Notes under the pieces: model-generated
Told to the model about the DNA's origin: nothing
Databases searched by the model: none
What the model saw: only the letters and a program-made list of their open reading frames with translations
Shown: positions 35,805 through 50,323 of the stretch, in pieces
Numbering within the stretch: the stretch's first letter is position 1
Layout: the number at the start of each line of letters is the position of its first letter
Program-made: the position numbers and the translations under genes
Assembly (NCBI GenBank): GCA_030141605.1
Contig: JAQGDQ010000071.1
Coordinates: 599,605 to 663,604 of the forward strand
Direction of reading: 5' to 3'
Source of the DNA: Tubiluchus corallicola
Lineage: Eukaryota > Animalia > Priapulida
Length of the DNA: 64,000 nt

Positions 35805-38800
35805 GTAAGCAGTAATTTCCCAGTAAACGCTTACTATATTATCCACAAGCCAAGCAAGGTACAAGTGTCACCTTGCTTCACCTTTGTTATTAGAGCTCTT
35901 CTTATTACCATTATGACAGAGTCTGAGCGTGAGACACGTGCTAAGGTGTCGATTACGTACAGTATAATTAAATATGATTGATTATACAGATTTACAGTTA
36001 CATTACATATATAAAATTCATAATCGCAAATTACAATTAAACCTTTGTGATGCTATTCCTTTGGGCAAAGTTATGTTTGTAATTAGCACCACCACCTTAT
36101 GTCCACAAAAAACATTGCTTTTGCAATTATTTGTTTACCTCTAAATCTCCATACACAATACAAATATGTGATTAAAGTAGTGTTGCCACTTATACCATAA
36201 TTAACAGAACATACACGTTCATGATACAAAAAAGAGACTATACAATAATCGATAATTGTATGATAATTTAGTATTGCGAAACTAAAAAGCAAGGCATGAA
36301 AAATTGTGCATTGAAAAATTTAAAACATTACTGCTAACGAGTGGGAAATAAACAAACTTTGATTTCAACTGATTTTAAATATTCCACGACTCAGCTTTAA
36401 ACATTCACAAAGCTTTAATAAAAAAATTTTGTTTGAAAGAGATTTTTTCACAATTTTTTTGTGGCCGGCCCTAGCATTTACCACAATTAATAACTTTTTT
36501 AGATGTTAATCATTATTTCACTTATCACTGTATTAGTAGTGACAGCACATGTATAATCAGTCGCAATTAACTTATGCAGAATCTCCTGGAAATTAGATTT
36601 TAATTCATTTTATTTCATTAACTCGTTCATTCGAAAAATATAGCATAGTTTTGGTAAATTATAGTAATTAAATTATATTATATTAGATAACCGTTACTCA
36701 CTTAAACACCAATATCGGTGCATTACAGATGCAAAAACATTGAGATTATGTGATAATTTCATCGTTCTTCTGGTGTGTGAATGTTTTCTTGTAAAGTTAA
36801 TACATAAAAATCGTACTTCCAAAGCTTTATTATGAAACACATAACTAACGGCGTGTATGGACTAAATGACAAGTCAGCAAACAGTTGTTAGTTATTGTAA
36901 TTATTGTATCGCCTTCAGCATAAATAAATTTATATTGTTTCATTTTATGACGAAATAATATAAAGCCTTTTATGCCAATGACTGTTAGTGAAACTGATTG
37001 TTAACGAATAATGGCCAGAAATAAACACAGTTACTCTTCCACTCTAAAGCGCAGAGGAGCGTGGGATAGAAATGCACCTTGAAATTGAATAATGGCCATT
37101 GTCGGCAGAACAAACTCGCGCTGTGCTTCTGCTCCCTGGCTCAGTGATAATTCTACATGAAGCCATGTTCTATGGCGTATAGTCAAGAGAATGAAGCCTG
37201 CGCCTGCTGTAATAAGAGTCTTGGATCAATATTTGCTTTCCCAGCTCCTGTAATACTGGACAGTGTGTTCGTGTACTATACCAGATCCAGGCTAGAATCT
37301 CCCTGCACATGTCTTCATTTCCTGTAGGTTTGTTTGTTTGCACCCTGGATTAAAATTGTCTTTTTCATTGTGCAATCTTCAGTTTTCCATCTTGGAATCT
37401 TCAGTAGCTTGGGAAGAGTTTTTTCAAATGTCCACTTGTGGGTTTCAGGATTTTCGTATAGAATACCTGTAATTCAACTGTACTGTTTCATTGTACTCGC
37501 AAAGTACAACCTCTTGTGGCAGGTCTACAACCTGTGTAGACTATAGACACAATCCTTATTGAATCTGTAGATAAATAATCATGATATATCTAAATTTATG
37601 TTATCCATCTTGGCCTAAGCTCATGATAAGGGTCCGTACATACTATTAATCTGGTATGAATTTTCATTTTTTTATTATTTAACCGATCTCTATCTCCCTA
37701 GCTAGCAGCGTGTATCAACTGTTTACCACCGGGTCTATGTAATCCTAAAAACATGAAGAGTGTTCAACAAATGACCTTAGGAGAAAATATGTCGTTATAA
37801 TATTTCGATTTCAATGGCTTGATGAAAACAAACGTGACACTTTTCGTTTTGTTTAATAGATATAGTTTTATATTGAGCTCCATACAAGCTGCCTCCTTTC
37901 ATGTTAATTCATTTAGGTGGTTGCTGTGTAATCGATTGTCCATGTTGCCCTGTTAGTTGTTGGCTGCCCTACAGCAGCTTCAGCGTTTTTCCCCGTGTTT
38001 ATGCAAGCAAATCTAAAAAAACACTGTTTTTATTCGCATCCGCGCTGTCATGCGGATGCTGCTTGCACTCATTAACGAAGATATGGATTGAGGCAATTGC
38101 ACGTACACGGTTATTGAATTGCTTGGTAATTGTATAACTTGCTGGGAATGATCAAACATTGAGAGCGCAGTCTGTAGACACTATACGCTCTTGCTGATTA
38201 TTGTAATATTTGTATATATCATATTGATAACATTGAGGTCGTTTATTGTTTGTCGAAATTGCTGATGATTTGGAATTTGACAGCAGTGCGTTATGTTGTT
38301 ATGCCAAATATCCTAAAGGTTTCTATTATGACATTAAATGTGTATTGAAGTATCAAAAGCATAAAGCTCAATAAACCGTGAATTGCCATATATATTTTGC
38401 TTGCACAGGCTCAGAACAGTAACTTTCCACAAAATAGTAATATTTATTTTACATGTATAACACAATTTTCACATTTAGCAAATTCCTTCAAATATAATTA
38501 TAGGCAATGTTTTCTCCATTACCGAGCTCTGAATGCCCAATATATTTTAAAGTAGTCTGATTGTTTTTAAGGTATGATGACTACCTGAAGAGATATACTA
38601 TGAACATATTAATTCACCTATTGCTTCTTATTTATTTTTATCCTAACATATTAATTCACCTATTGTTTCTTATTTAGTTTATCCTAAATTTTTGCATTGT
38701 TTTCTTTCAATAATCACCATTTTTGTATTTGTATATAAAAGTTTTCAAGATGGTAATAGGCTAATATTGTTTCTTACGTTTTTCTTACGTTTTTGCCTTT

Positions 38801-39079
38801 TCAGCCATTGTATTGATCACTGTTTGTTATTTCATGCAAACTAACGTCGCCAGAATTAAAGTTAGTTTGACTCAAGGGTCATTACGGTTTCTTGTCTTTT
38901 CATTTCTGCGTACATTATTAATTAACAAAGTAAACAAAGTTGAATTTAATTAAATTTTTAGGCCTATTTTATATAAGCGTTAGTTAAATTGTTGCCAATT
39001 TTTTGATGTGTTAGCTATGGGTACTATTCTGAGACATTTTGATTGCATGCTTTTTACTGACCTTTTTCTTCTTTTTCAG

Positions 39080-39204
39080 TTTGTGGTGATATTCACGGTC
39101 AGTTCTATGACCTTATGAAACTGTTTGAAGTGGGTGGTCCACCCTCATCGACGCGGTATCTTTTTCTTGGTGATTATGTTGATAGGGGATATTTTAGTAT
39201 AGAG
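39080..39204 (+). CDS. PPP3CA: Calcineurin A exon 3
   Basis: [20 protein letters not shown]...[16 protein letters not shown]: PPP motifs GDIHG and GDYVDRG; 125 nt. Confidence 0.98.
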
Positions 39205-41905
39205 GTATGTATGAGAAAGTGATGCTTAATGAATTATATACATGTGTTAATTGAACGTGTGTTAGTCATTACAAAATAATTTATTTATTCCAGTGCCAGA
39301 TGTGACAGAAAAGCTGCATAATGCAAATCTTGAGCTTTACACTAAGAAATATAAGACAAATGAGGCCAAATTTCTGAGTATGATAAGAAATATCAGATAA
39401 ATATTAAAGTAAGAATGAAACAAAAGGTCTAACCACCAACAGTATCATTTAGTTATGAAAGTAGTATTTAGATGAAGGGTTGTAAAAAGCATGTGGACTA
39501 TCGAGTCAGACACCCCGAACCTTCACAGCTGTCAGCACTTGAATCACTGATTAAGCATTCTTCAAAATTCAGCCACTTCAAATTAGAGCAAAATGCAAAT
39601 TACTTAGTGTAATTTTTCCACCTCTTGCCAATTAAATTATTATGAATAAAACTTAATAAATGTTTTAGTAAGCAACATCTCTAAACATTTTCCCTTATTG
39701 CGACAAGCTACAAAAAATGTGTAAAATCACATGACTAAAGTGCAATAAGCCTACATAACCACTGAAGAATTGTTCATATTGGCATCTAATTTTGTTAAAT
39801 TTAGTTAAAATAACTTTTGGTTTTAAAAGATTTAAAAAAGCATATTTATTTAAAAAACATGCATGCAGTTTTCAAAATAAAATTATTCCACCTTACGTTA
39901 GATAATGGTGATACCATATGTAATTTGCTGTTTACTGTAATAATCACTGTCCTGCTGTGAAATTATCTCAGAAGTAGAATTGTCTGTTTCTAAGCTTGAG
40001 TTAGACATGTAAAGGCACTTTAATATAAACATCATATATTTTCAGCGCTCTAATATTTACATCAAAGTAGGATGTAATTTGAAATTTCTTTTTTAAGCGC
40101 ATGTATCGGTTTTATTCTTTCCTGTGTCAGTTTGTTTGTTGGGTAATTCTTAATGTTTGAAGTGACAGCCTCATTGTATCAAATTCTTTATTAACATTGC
40201 ATCGTTGATGCAATTTTCATTGAGGATAATGTAAGTGGTACTTGAGTACTCGTTGTCAAACACACGCGGAGTTTCTTACATTCGCAGATAGTTACAATAC
40301 TAACACTGGGACAGTTTTATTCAGAATTTAAAAACATTTAAATTGCTTTAAAATGTCTCCATGTCATCGGTATACAGTTATTTTTCTGCCAGGTAGTTTT
40401 CTCAAGTTCTCATTGTTCATTTTATTGTCTGAACTCCTAATGATTGTGATTATTCATCTAAATTATTAGCAGTGGTGGACCCATTGTAATGTTTCTGCTA
40501 GATCAAAATGTAAAACAACTCCCTGATACTTAGTTTCACATATCAAATGAAAGTAAAAATTTCAAGCAAATAAAGTTTTACATCTTTTCAATATTGTTTT
40601 ATTTATTTGTGTTTATCCATGCACAATACAAAACTAGTAAATTTTAGTAGTGTTATAAGAAAACTGAAAATCTCACATACATAGAACAGTCAATCCAAGT
40701 ATCTTACATGCCATAACTTGAAAATGGTTTTGAAGCATAATTGTGGAATATTCTTTAGCTGATGAATTTTATCTTCAGTTAAGGATACAAAGTTTAGAAC
40801 AGCACTAGTTAAAATGGTAGGGCATATAAAAAGTGATCCAAACCGTTTAAATAACAGCTAAGTAATCCCCACATCGCATTTGCTTTGGCCCCTTACGAAT
40901 ACGTCCGACTCTTTAAAGATAGTCAAACAACATACCTTGATTGCTGTGCTAACCAGTGCATCAGGTAAATATCATTTACATTAAGTGATTTCCTTCCTTT
41001 ACAATAGGATACTCTTCGAATATAGTAGATGGGTCCACCTAAGTCTTAAGCTACATATATTATGAACGATTTGTACCTTGAAGCATAATTTTCTAACTTT
41101 ATACTATGTACTTAATTATTGTTTAGTATGGCTTGCAAACTAGCAGCATTATGTAAAGTTATATTTTTTCAGTGAAATATTTTTCTTTTAACCATTTCGT
41201 AATTTTTAAAATTACTACCACATTTTGGTAAATATATCAGTTTGGTTATTCAGTTCGCAGTTCAGTGCACAAGGCACAGTGCACTTTTCGCCCATGGAGT
41301 ACACATACATTGAACACATGCTTTGTGTCAACATTTTGTTTAGTGTATAAACATTCATTGTAATAAAATTTAGTATTCAGATTGATTGATGAACTTTCAG
41401 ACAGCCTGGTCCGGTATACTGTTCTGACTCCTGTAAATTTTTATACTGGAGTGTCTGTTATCTGGCTTTTGTTATAGTACCTCTAAAAAACTTTAATTAT
41501 GCAAATAATGACCATTGAAATAAGATCACAAAATCAATTGTCGCACACGCTGTGTTCCAACAAGCTCTAGTACAGGTTGAATATATTGAATAAAAACAAA
41601 ATTCTTTTGAATGAAGTTATACGAAGTTTGAATGTTTAAACTCTACTGATGAACATGATGCATATTCAACTGAACTGCTGCAAGCATTTAACTTCAGCAT
41701 AGGGTCTTGGAACTATGTGCTACTCTAGATGTTACCTGAATGTAACATTGGGCATTGTACATTTGTTAAACATTTAAATTGTATATATAAACTGAGTAGG
41801 CTATACAAATTCTGCTTAAGTAGGTTGGCTGAAATCTTACAATGTTCACTTTTTTCGTACTATGAAAAAATATTTTGTGACAGACAAAGTTATTTTTCAT
41901 TTCAG

Positions 41906-42017
41906 TGTGTAGTTTATCTATGGGCGCTGAAACTGCTTTACCCTACCACATTATTCCTGCTAAGGGGAAACCATGAGTGTAGACACCTCACAGAGTATTT
42001 CACATTTAAAACAGAAT
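41906..42017 (+). CDS. PPP3CA: Calcineurin A exon 4
   Basis: [37 protein letters not shown]: RGNHE motif; 112 nt. Confidence 0.98.
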
Positions 42018-42429
42018 GTAAGTTCACTTTTCTTGTTTGTGTGTATTGGTTTATGGGTAAATGTTCGGTAAATGTTGTTGTGAATGTTGTTCAATGCAAT
42101 GTGATGTTTCAAACATTGGCTGCAAGTTTTACAGGAATGCACAGGTAACAATAGCAGATTGTATGCTTTTAAAACTAACTATCTTCTAGATGATATATAA
42201 CCTTTTATTAGTTGCTTCCAGTATTTCACGTTTGCATTATGACCGTTCAGTTCTGGCCATACGACTTGCCGTACGCGGAACTAATGTACTTCACCGCTCT
42301 ACTGGCTGACTTTATAACAGCTGGATGAGTGAAGCATTTAACTGCTATAACCGGGATTATATTAGGCCTTTTTAGTTAGTTTTAACCTGTTGAGTAAGGT
42401 AGGTCATCGCTACTTTTCTCGCATTTGCA

Positions 42430-43720
42430 CAATCAATCTTCTGCTAGCCACCAAGGACAAAATGTGCATATCATACATTTGCTTGCTTCCAGCTGTCAGA
42501 GAAATAATGCGAAGACATGTATCGTACATTTCGCTGCCACCAATCACCAGACAAATATTGCCTTTCCTGCTCCCAACCACCAGAGAAATAATGCTAAGGT
42601 GCATGTATCATGCATTGTCTTACTACCAATCACCAAGGAAATAATACCGAGGCACATGTAGTACATTTTTTGTTGTTCCGACCTCCTATATATGTCTCTC
42701 ACTTCCCTGATGTCAATGACCAGAGAAATAATGCCATGACACACGTATTACGCATTGTCCTATTGCCAGCCAGCAAGGTAATAATTTAGAGATATCGCAC
42801 ATTTCTATGCTGCCACCTGCCAAAGAAATAATGCCGAGCCATATGTATCATGCTTATCATGCCAACCACCAGAGATATAATTGCCAACCACCGAAATGAA
42901 TGTATTATCCATTGCCCTGCTTTCAGCCACCACGGAAGTAATGCAGAGGCGTAATGCAAAATGCATTTCCCTGCTGCCAGCAACCAGGGTAATAATGTCA
43001 AGACACTCATACTATGAATTGCCCCACAGCCACCTACCAAGGAAATAATGTTGAGACATGTGTATCATGGATTTCCTTGCTGTCAGGTACCTGAGAAATA
43101 ATGCTGAGACATATGCATCATGCACTTCCCTGCTGCCAGCCACTAGGATAATAGACACATACGTATCATCTGGAGAAGAAGGAAAGTCAATAAATTTGTT
43201 CTGGAGAAATGCCATTTTCCAACACCAAATCATATCTACTATTCTAGTAGGATAAGCTCAGTTTTGAGCATGTTATTCCTGCAGATGACTCACTGCAAAA
43301 AGACATCTTGTTTGGTAAAGTCCAAGATAACAACTCCGGGTCTAGATCTGTTGAAGGACCTAGTTGAAGTGAGATCACTGCAGGAGATGATGGAGCAAGC
43401 AAGAGATAGACATGTATGGAGAGAGAGAGAGATAGTCTGTGATGTCACCAGGGGTCGAATATGACCAACTAGAAAATGATGATATGTATCGCACATTTCT
43501 CTGCTTCTAGTCACCAAGGAAACGTCGTCAAGAATGTGTCATGCTGTTTTTTTCTGCCAGCCACCAAGGACATAATGCGGAGACGCACATGTCACTCATT
43601 TCCCCGGTGCCATTCGCTAAGGAAATGGTCCCGAGGTACATGTATCAGGCAATTCCTTCCTGCCAGCCAGCAGGGACATAATGTAGAGACACATGTATTA
43701 TGCATTTCTTTGCTGCAGAA
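42430..43720. repeat. Degenerate ~54-bp minisatellite, interrupted by an RTE LINE fragment
   Basis: Recurrent unit ~TTTCCCTGCTGCCAGCCACCAAGGAAATAATGCCGAGACACATGTATCATGCA. Confidence 0.9.
43171..43483 (+). mobile_element. RTE-clade LINE 3' fragment
   Basis: LDLLKDLVEVRSLQEMMEQARDRHVWRE...VCDVTRGRI matches the RTE ORF2 C-terminal A.DR..WR motif; short (TGA)n tail. Confidence 0.75.
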
Positions 43721-45371
43721 TATCAAATTATTCAACTCATGGCTTTCCTGTAGATTTGTGAGCACTTTCGTAGTGTAATGTAAAAACAAGTTCTTGTATA
43801 GATGTGCAGATCCATTTTAGTTGCATACGAAAGAGTCGCCTTTGACAAAGTTAGACAGTGAAGATAAAGCGTGTCAGCCTAGGTAGTACATGTAAAAAAG
43901 CTGGTACAGTTACATGTGAACAGACAAAATGTGATTGTCTAACTGATGCCAAACTCAGTGAGTGCTACTAAGTTCTTTGCCTTATGATTGTTTATCTTTC
44001 GCATTTGACAGTTAAAGTTCAACAAATGAATGTGCAGAACACTATTTTAATTAGAAAAGAATTTTAAAGCATACTCTTTGTTATAAGATAATCACAATAC
44101 CTTGAAAAAGTAAATTTTTTTGAAAATTCTGACAATTTTTTAACCCGAGACCAAATACATACTTGTATAAAATTAAACTGCCCTTTATAGAAATACTTAA
44201 ATTGCTATACAGCAAATGTCAACATTCTTTGTTTTGTAGTCATTATTTCATTGTACATATCATTTAAGTACTTTTTGGATGGTAAAGACCAAATGTGAAA
44301 TGTTGTGAATATCCTATTTAGATGGATGATGAGGGAATCTAGCTTTAATTATGAACAAAACCACAAATGCCCATTTTGATTCTTGACGTTTCGATAGCAA
44401 AACTTGTCCAAAGTGTAAAATCTGTAGGCAAAAATTTTTTTTAACATTTAAACATATAAAATTGATTTATAAAAATACCTACAAACTTTCCAACATATTA
44501 GCAAAAATTCAAATAGCTACCATGTGCAACTAAACAAAAATTTAAGTGGCAAAGAAGTGCAGTACAACGTTCATGAAACACTTTTGATAAAAAATTATAA
44601 CCTAGCCTCAATAATTAGATGTCATCTTGCCACTAAAACTCTTCTAACTCATTGACTGGTCCTCACTGACTGGCTACCTCTAGTAGTTTGTCCATTTGCT
44701 AACTAAACTTGTGACTGCCTAGCTATCGTAGCTAAGAATGGACCAACACCACCCAGGGATTCTCACCATACTGTCCCGTCAGGATGGCAAATCGACCGAA
44801 TAAGAGACAGATGCTCATCAACTATACATGTGCAGCATGGAAATTTCCCAATTGGAACTCTTGGGTAAATTAGTGCTGAAAGTTTCGACGAAATGTTCTG
44901 GTACTTCACGTCTGGAGACATCAGCCGGGATTTTTCAAGTACCTCTTACACTAATTGTGGTTGAAGATCCAAGAATAACAGCCGTCTCTTGCGTGTGGCA
45001 AGTTTGTGCAATTTGTAGAATGAGTGCTGGTGTTTCGACTGTTCTTGCTACTTACTGGTGTTTTTTTTGCTCTGCTACAGTCAAGTTTACAAACAAATAT
45101 GAGTAATGTGTAGCATTGCTAAACATATGTTTGCTAGAGTATTTTTCTACTATACTATGAACACATTTATGTTATTACAGTAGTAAGTCATCTGGTGCTC
45201 TGTTTTTGAAAAGAAAACATTTTTATTCAAATCAGTAAACCTGGTCTTAAAGCAAAATTGATAGTACCCTTATATGCTACACTTGTATTCCATACTTTTG
45301 CGGCTACTGAATTTTATTATTATTTAATTTTGTTCAGTTTTATTTATTATGACCATTCATATGGTTTTAAG

Positions 45372-45761
45372 TAGCAGTCTCTACCAGAAAGCAAATTCGA
45401 ATCAAATTTGTCACTTTGGAATTCGAATGGAATCAAACTTTGGTATTTCGAATTCAAATTGAATTCGAATTGAGATTGAAAGACTTTCGAACGCGTTTTC
45501 GAACCACCAACAAAAATTGTCTTACAAAGATCATAGTAAAAGACTTTTTCTGCAGCAAAACTTCTAATAATTTGTTTAAAAATTGTGCACAGAAATTTGA
45601 GCTAAATTACGCTAATTGCATAATGTTTCAAATGTTTTAATGATAAAGAACGCATGTGGTTGAAGTGCTGAATTATTCGAATCTATAGTTTTAGCTTCAA
45701 ATCAAATTCGAACTAAAAAAACTCGTTCGCATCGAATTCCAACGTTCGATTCTCGCCCCTA
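45372..45761. mobile_element. hAT-type MITE (TTCGAA-rich family), copy 2
   Basis: Colinear with 31968-32364; perfect 8-bp TSD GTTTTAAG (45364-45371, 45762-45769); left TIR partly deleted. Confidence 0.9.
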
Positions 45762-48700
45762 GTTTTAAGTGCAGGGTTCATTTCTGAAAGTGAACATAAT
45801 GTCCTTATGTCCTCCATCTTTGATGGAGAGGAACTGATTGTTTTAATGGAAATGATCTTTTACAGACCTGCCCATTGCCTAAAAAGGACCCGAATTAATG
45901 TTCTTCTTGTATTTGTTATACGTGATGCTGATAATAGTGATTAGAGTTGTGAATGCTTTAAGAAAAATCAGACTAAATTGCTTAATAAGGTCTGGTGACC
46001 TCTTAATTAAAAAGTATTATATTATGTATTATGTTTTTATATTATAAGTGTTTACAAGCACATCATTAAACTTAAATGTCAACCATTAAGTATTGCTATT
46101 TCCCAAAAAGCTTTTGAAATGGTTACATTTGGTTAGTGCCTTTGATTCGAGAAAACTTGATAAGAAATTCTGCTTTCTCAAAAGCTCGCAAAATTAAATT
46201 AGTTCGAATTGGAGGCGGAATCCCAGTGGCTCTTCTCTCTGAGATTCATAATTGATAAGAACGTTTGAAATGTTCAGAAAAAGTCTGTTGCATCTGACAC
46301 TGAAAGTCAGACTCGGGCGTTTGATGTCATCAGTCTTTTTTTTTTGTGAAAGAGTAAATAACCAACGCAGCCACACATTGGTTATCAGTCACATAATAAA
46401 ACCTAACAGTGACACCATGTCATTCTAATAATATAATAAAATGTAATATTTATAAAAAAAACTATTTATTGCATCTGTTATACAACAGCCAAATGATACA
46501 TATTAAAAGTACACATTCTCACTTGGTTATATAATCAGTTTAAACATTTAACTGTTGTTAGCAACACTGTTAATAAGCATGATAAAAAACAATGTGAAGG
46601 GCCTACAGGTGAACTATTCAGGTAAATAGTGTTAATGTGTCAAGCATTAAATACGATAGTATATATACAGATTTACAAATTTACCACTATGTACAAGATA
46701 AAAGTTTTAAAAATTTTGCAGCCGTTTACATGTTATAATTTACATAAGAATGTCATCGTCTACATTTATATGTGTACCAAAGAATTTCGTGTGAACCTAT
46801 TGTTGATTCGTGAGGAGTGTTCGGGACGTTTTCTCTTTTATTGTATGCAGATATATTTTATTTTAATGCACAAAGGCTGTTGAACCGGGCTGTGTTCACT
46901 TATCACTTATTTGCAAACCTGCTTGTGACCATATTTGTTGTTAGTTTTTATTTGCTTAATATTACTTGTTCTTGTATTAGTTGTTTGTCGTTGATGAAGG
47001 GTAATGGATTGCTGTTGAAAGCTGGCGTGGATCGTTTATGTATTTGTAAAGGAATAGCAAATTTTGATATTTGAAGATAGATTCAACTGTAGGTATATTT
47101 AGCTAGGTATATGATACTGTGGCTCTCTGACTTCGTTGTGGTTTGTACTGGCTTCTCCAGCATTTCTCTGCAATCGTAATTCTTTCATTCCCGTGTCTTG
47201 CTTCCATCTTATGTGTCACTAATAATTTCCCATGTAATTTTTCAGACACTATTTTGTTCGCCTGACACAGTATAAGGAAACTTTTGTGCCTGTATAATTT
47301 TAATGTATGAGAAATGTAAATGCAAATTGCGTAACGGATGTATATTAAATTTGGGTATACATTTTAATTTAATTTAATCGGTATATATTTTTTCGACCCT
47401 TAATACTGCAGGTATTAATGTTTGTAATACAATATTTGTGTTTTATGCGATTTGGTAAATTCATACAAATGTAGTTCTAGACTGATGGTCACTCATCTTC
47501 ATCTTCAAATCTTTGAATTTTCTACTACACTGTACTTTTGTATACATTAGTTTTACTATGTATGAGCAATATAACGTGGCTTGTTCGTTATTTTTGCACA
47601 TTTTGTCGTATCGTATTTTGGACACAAATCAGAAAATGTCACAACACAACACATAAATCAGTTGAGACAATAAATTGTTTTTGTATATCAAACTAGTTAG
47701 TTTTGTAGTCCTAATTTCAAGATTGTGAATTGTTTAAATGTTGAAACTAACATTAACCAAAAGTATAGAAATGTGAAGCAGTCTACTAAACATTGTTCTG
47801 AACTTGTAATCCACAGTTTTATGATCCAAATCCTTTTTACATTCACTCACTTTTGATCAAGTTTCGTTTTAGATTTTCAATAATAATGGGTTTTCACCCT
47901 CAATTACAAACAAGTTATTGCATAAATGTATTTGCTATATTTCCCTCTGTATATGTTAAGATTTCATTTTTGATGTGTGTAGTTGCATTTAAACTTTTAA
48001 TCGCATTTAACCTTGACGCTATTATTTTATTCTCTCCAGCCGAACTTCACCTTTATTGCCTTGGATTAGGAAATCTTACCAGTTGCCATTGGTAATCCAA
48101 GTCATCATAGCTTTCTGTATATTTTTGCAGAGCAATCTAGTGATATTTATATCTTCAAAGATTCTAGGACAATAAAGCCTAAGTGTGAATTCATGTAGGG
48201 TATACATGTAATACCTTTGTTGCTATATCTTTTCCATCAATTTTTGTTTTTCTGGACTGTGAGGTTAGCAGGGTGTGTAACTTGGTGCCTAATAATTGTT
48301 TCCAGTTTTATGTTATCATGTTCACTGATCATAAAATTTTCATTTCTGTAAAAGTAGAAGTTGCATAACTTATTCTTAATGGATATAATACCTTTGCTGC
48401 TACTATTGTTTTGTAAATAAACATCTTGTTGTTCATTTTATGCTTTCACATAATTATGCAAATACTTGAGCAGCCGTATGAGAGCACACAAAATTAAATT
48501 AAATTGCTAAGATGATTCTTATGTTGCATTAACAACGTGAAAAGCTGTGTTAGTCTTAAATTACGTTACAAATAGCAGTGTGCGACCGAGACTCTGCTTA
48601 GCAAAAATTGGCGTGTCTATTTCACATGTCGCTCTATGCTAACATTGAACATCCATTTCCATTCTCATTCCTCAGTTTTCCAGAAGTCTGGCATTGAATG

Positions 48701-49999
48701 TGCTTAACGAGGCTTTGCTTAACCAATGTCACGAAAGTGGCCTACATTTTGTGGACAATTTCCTGCTAATCAGTTTAGCTAATAACGGGCGGTTTCAAGG
48801 CCTCTCTTGTCCACTTCGCCTAACAGACATCATGCACATTGTGCCATGATCAATAGCCTGACCATTGAAGCGGTAATGTTATTGATTGTTGTTATCGGCT
48901 TCATTGGCACTCTGTTCTTGGTTTCTGCGTTTAGCCATGCAGGTCATCCATTTTTATGTCTATGGCAGCAGTTACATGTTTGAGTTACAGTGCCAGATGA
49001 TTCCTATCTGTTAATTATTTCCGCAATGAGAGTTTGTGGCATTTCATTGCTTTAATACTTTCTTTGCATTTAACTACGAGTAATAATTATTTGTTCAAGT
49101 CTGTAAATTACTCTAAATTCATCATATTTCACCATCGCATCACAGCTTTATTTCTTTATAGTCAGTAGGATTCTTGTCAAGTTTTTATTTCACTGACAGA
49201 CAGTTCTGTGTAAATTTTGTCTACTTTAATTTGCATACCTCAGTTTCACATCAAAAATTTAACACATTACCTATGGAATGAACTGAGTAAAATTTAATTT
49301 TTTCCCCATCAAAATTACAAGTCTTCAACAATTAACCCCGAATTAATTTTTTCTCCACACAATTACCACATCCAGATATTTGCACAAATACACAGGTAAA
49401 AATAAATGCTAATGACAGTGAGTGAAGAAAGTGATGGGTTGTTGAGAGACTATTAGACAAGCTGTGGAGAAATGGCATAGCGTCATATCTAGGTGTCTTG
49501 ACCACTATTGAAAAACGATTAGTGCTGATTTACTTATAAGTCTTCCTGTTGAGTAAATTAAATACCCCTCCTCCCCCCTTTCTTTGAATGCGTAGATTCT
49601 TGTGTAGTCATTATAGGTAGTGAACGTTCCCTTGAAAAATTCATGCAGCTTTTAGGCCACAATGTGTACTTCACGGAGAATCTGTGTTTCATCGATCAGC
49701 TCCAAATGTACGTCGGTTGTATTTCTAGCTCACATCGACCTGTAATGAACCGCCAACAAAGCCACTGAAAGGAGTCCGGGTCATAACGTCCCTGGTTTTG
49801 TGCCAAACTTTTCGTTCCAAGACCAAAAAGACCAATGAATGTCCACAGTGCAGTCAGGCAGTCGGTTACAAAATCAGCCAGTCGGTCACTTGCTTAACCA
49901 GCCTGTTAGTCAAGCCAACCGTGCTTTAACACACTGAGTGAATTTTACCAAGCAGGTTTTACACCAAACAAAAAAATTCTGGAATCCCGAATGCTTATT

Positions 50000-50323
50000 A
50001 ATAGTCATACTACACCCACCGCTGAACGGGCTATCTATCCATACCCAGTACCCCCCTCGGCCCGTTCCCGTTCTCTACATCTCAGCCGTATAACTTTTGC
50101 AATTTTTTGCAAAAAACGGTCGAAAAAGGGGCATTTTTGGAGGTTTTTCGCCTCCCCTTTCTCCCGGTGGGCCCGATTCGAAAAATAAACGATCAATGAG
50201 AAGACACTAGATCGAGACCTTTCGTTTGATATATAGATCGCCGCAAATGGTGCCCTCGTCCGGGCTGTAGCCTCGAATCTTATATATATATATATACCAA
50301 GAATATTAATATAAGAGTATAGA
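50000..50323 (-). mobile_element. Non-autonomous Helitron-like element
   Basis: Minus strand begins A|TCTATACTCTTATATTAAT then (TA)n; GC-rich interior; small ccg..cgg hairpin near 50020; 3' end uncertain. Confidence 0.5.

Noticed and set aside
37000-37620. Possible decayed LINE on the minus strand
   Set aside because: Composition is suggestive but I could not read any diagnostic RT or endonuclease motif
38602-38686. Short ~43-bp tandem duplication (also a smaller one near 11813-11860)
   Set aside because: Ordinary local slippage duplications with no sign of function
42430-43720. CRISPR-like repeat/spacer array or repeat-protein gene
   Set aside because: Units are contiguous and degenerate with no unique spacers, there are no cas genes, the context is a eukaryotic intron, and indels break the frames
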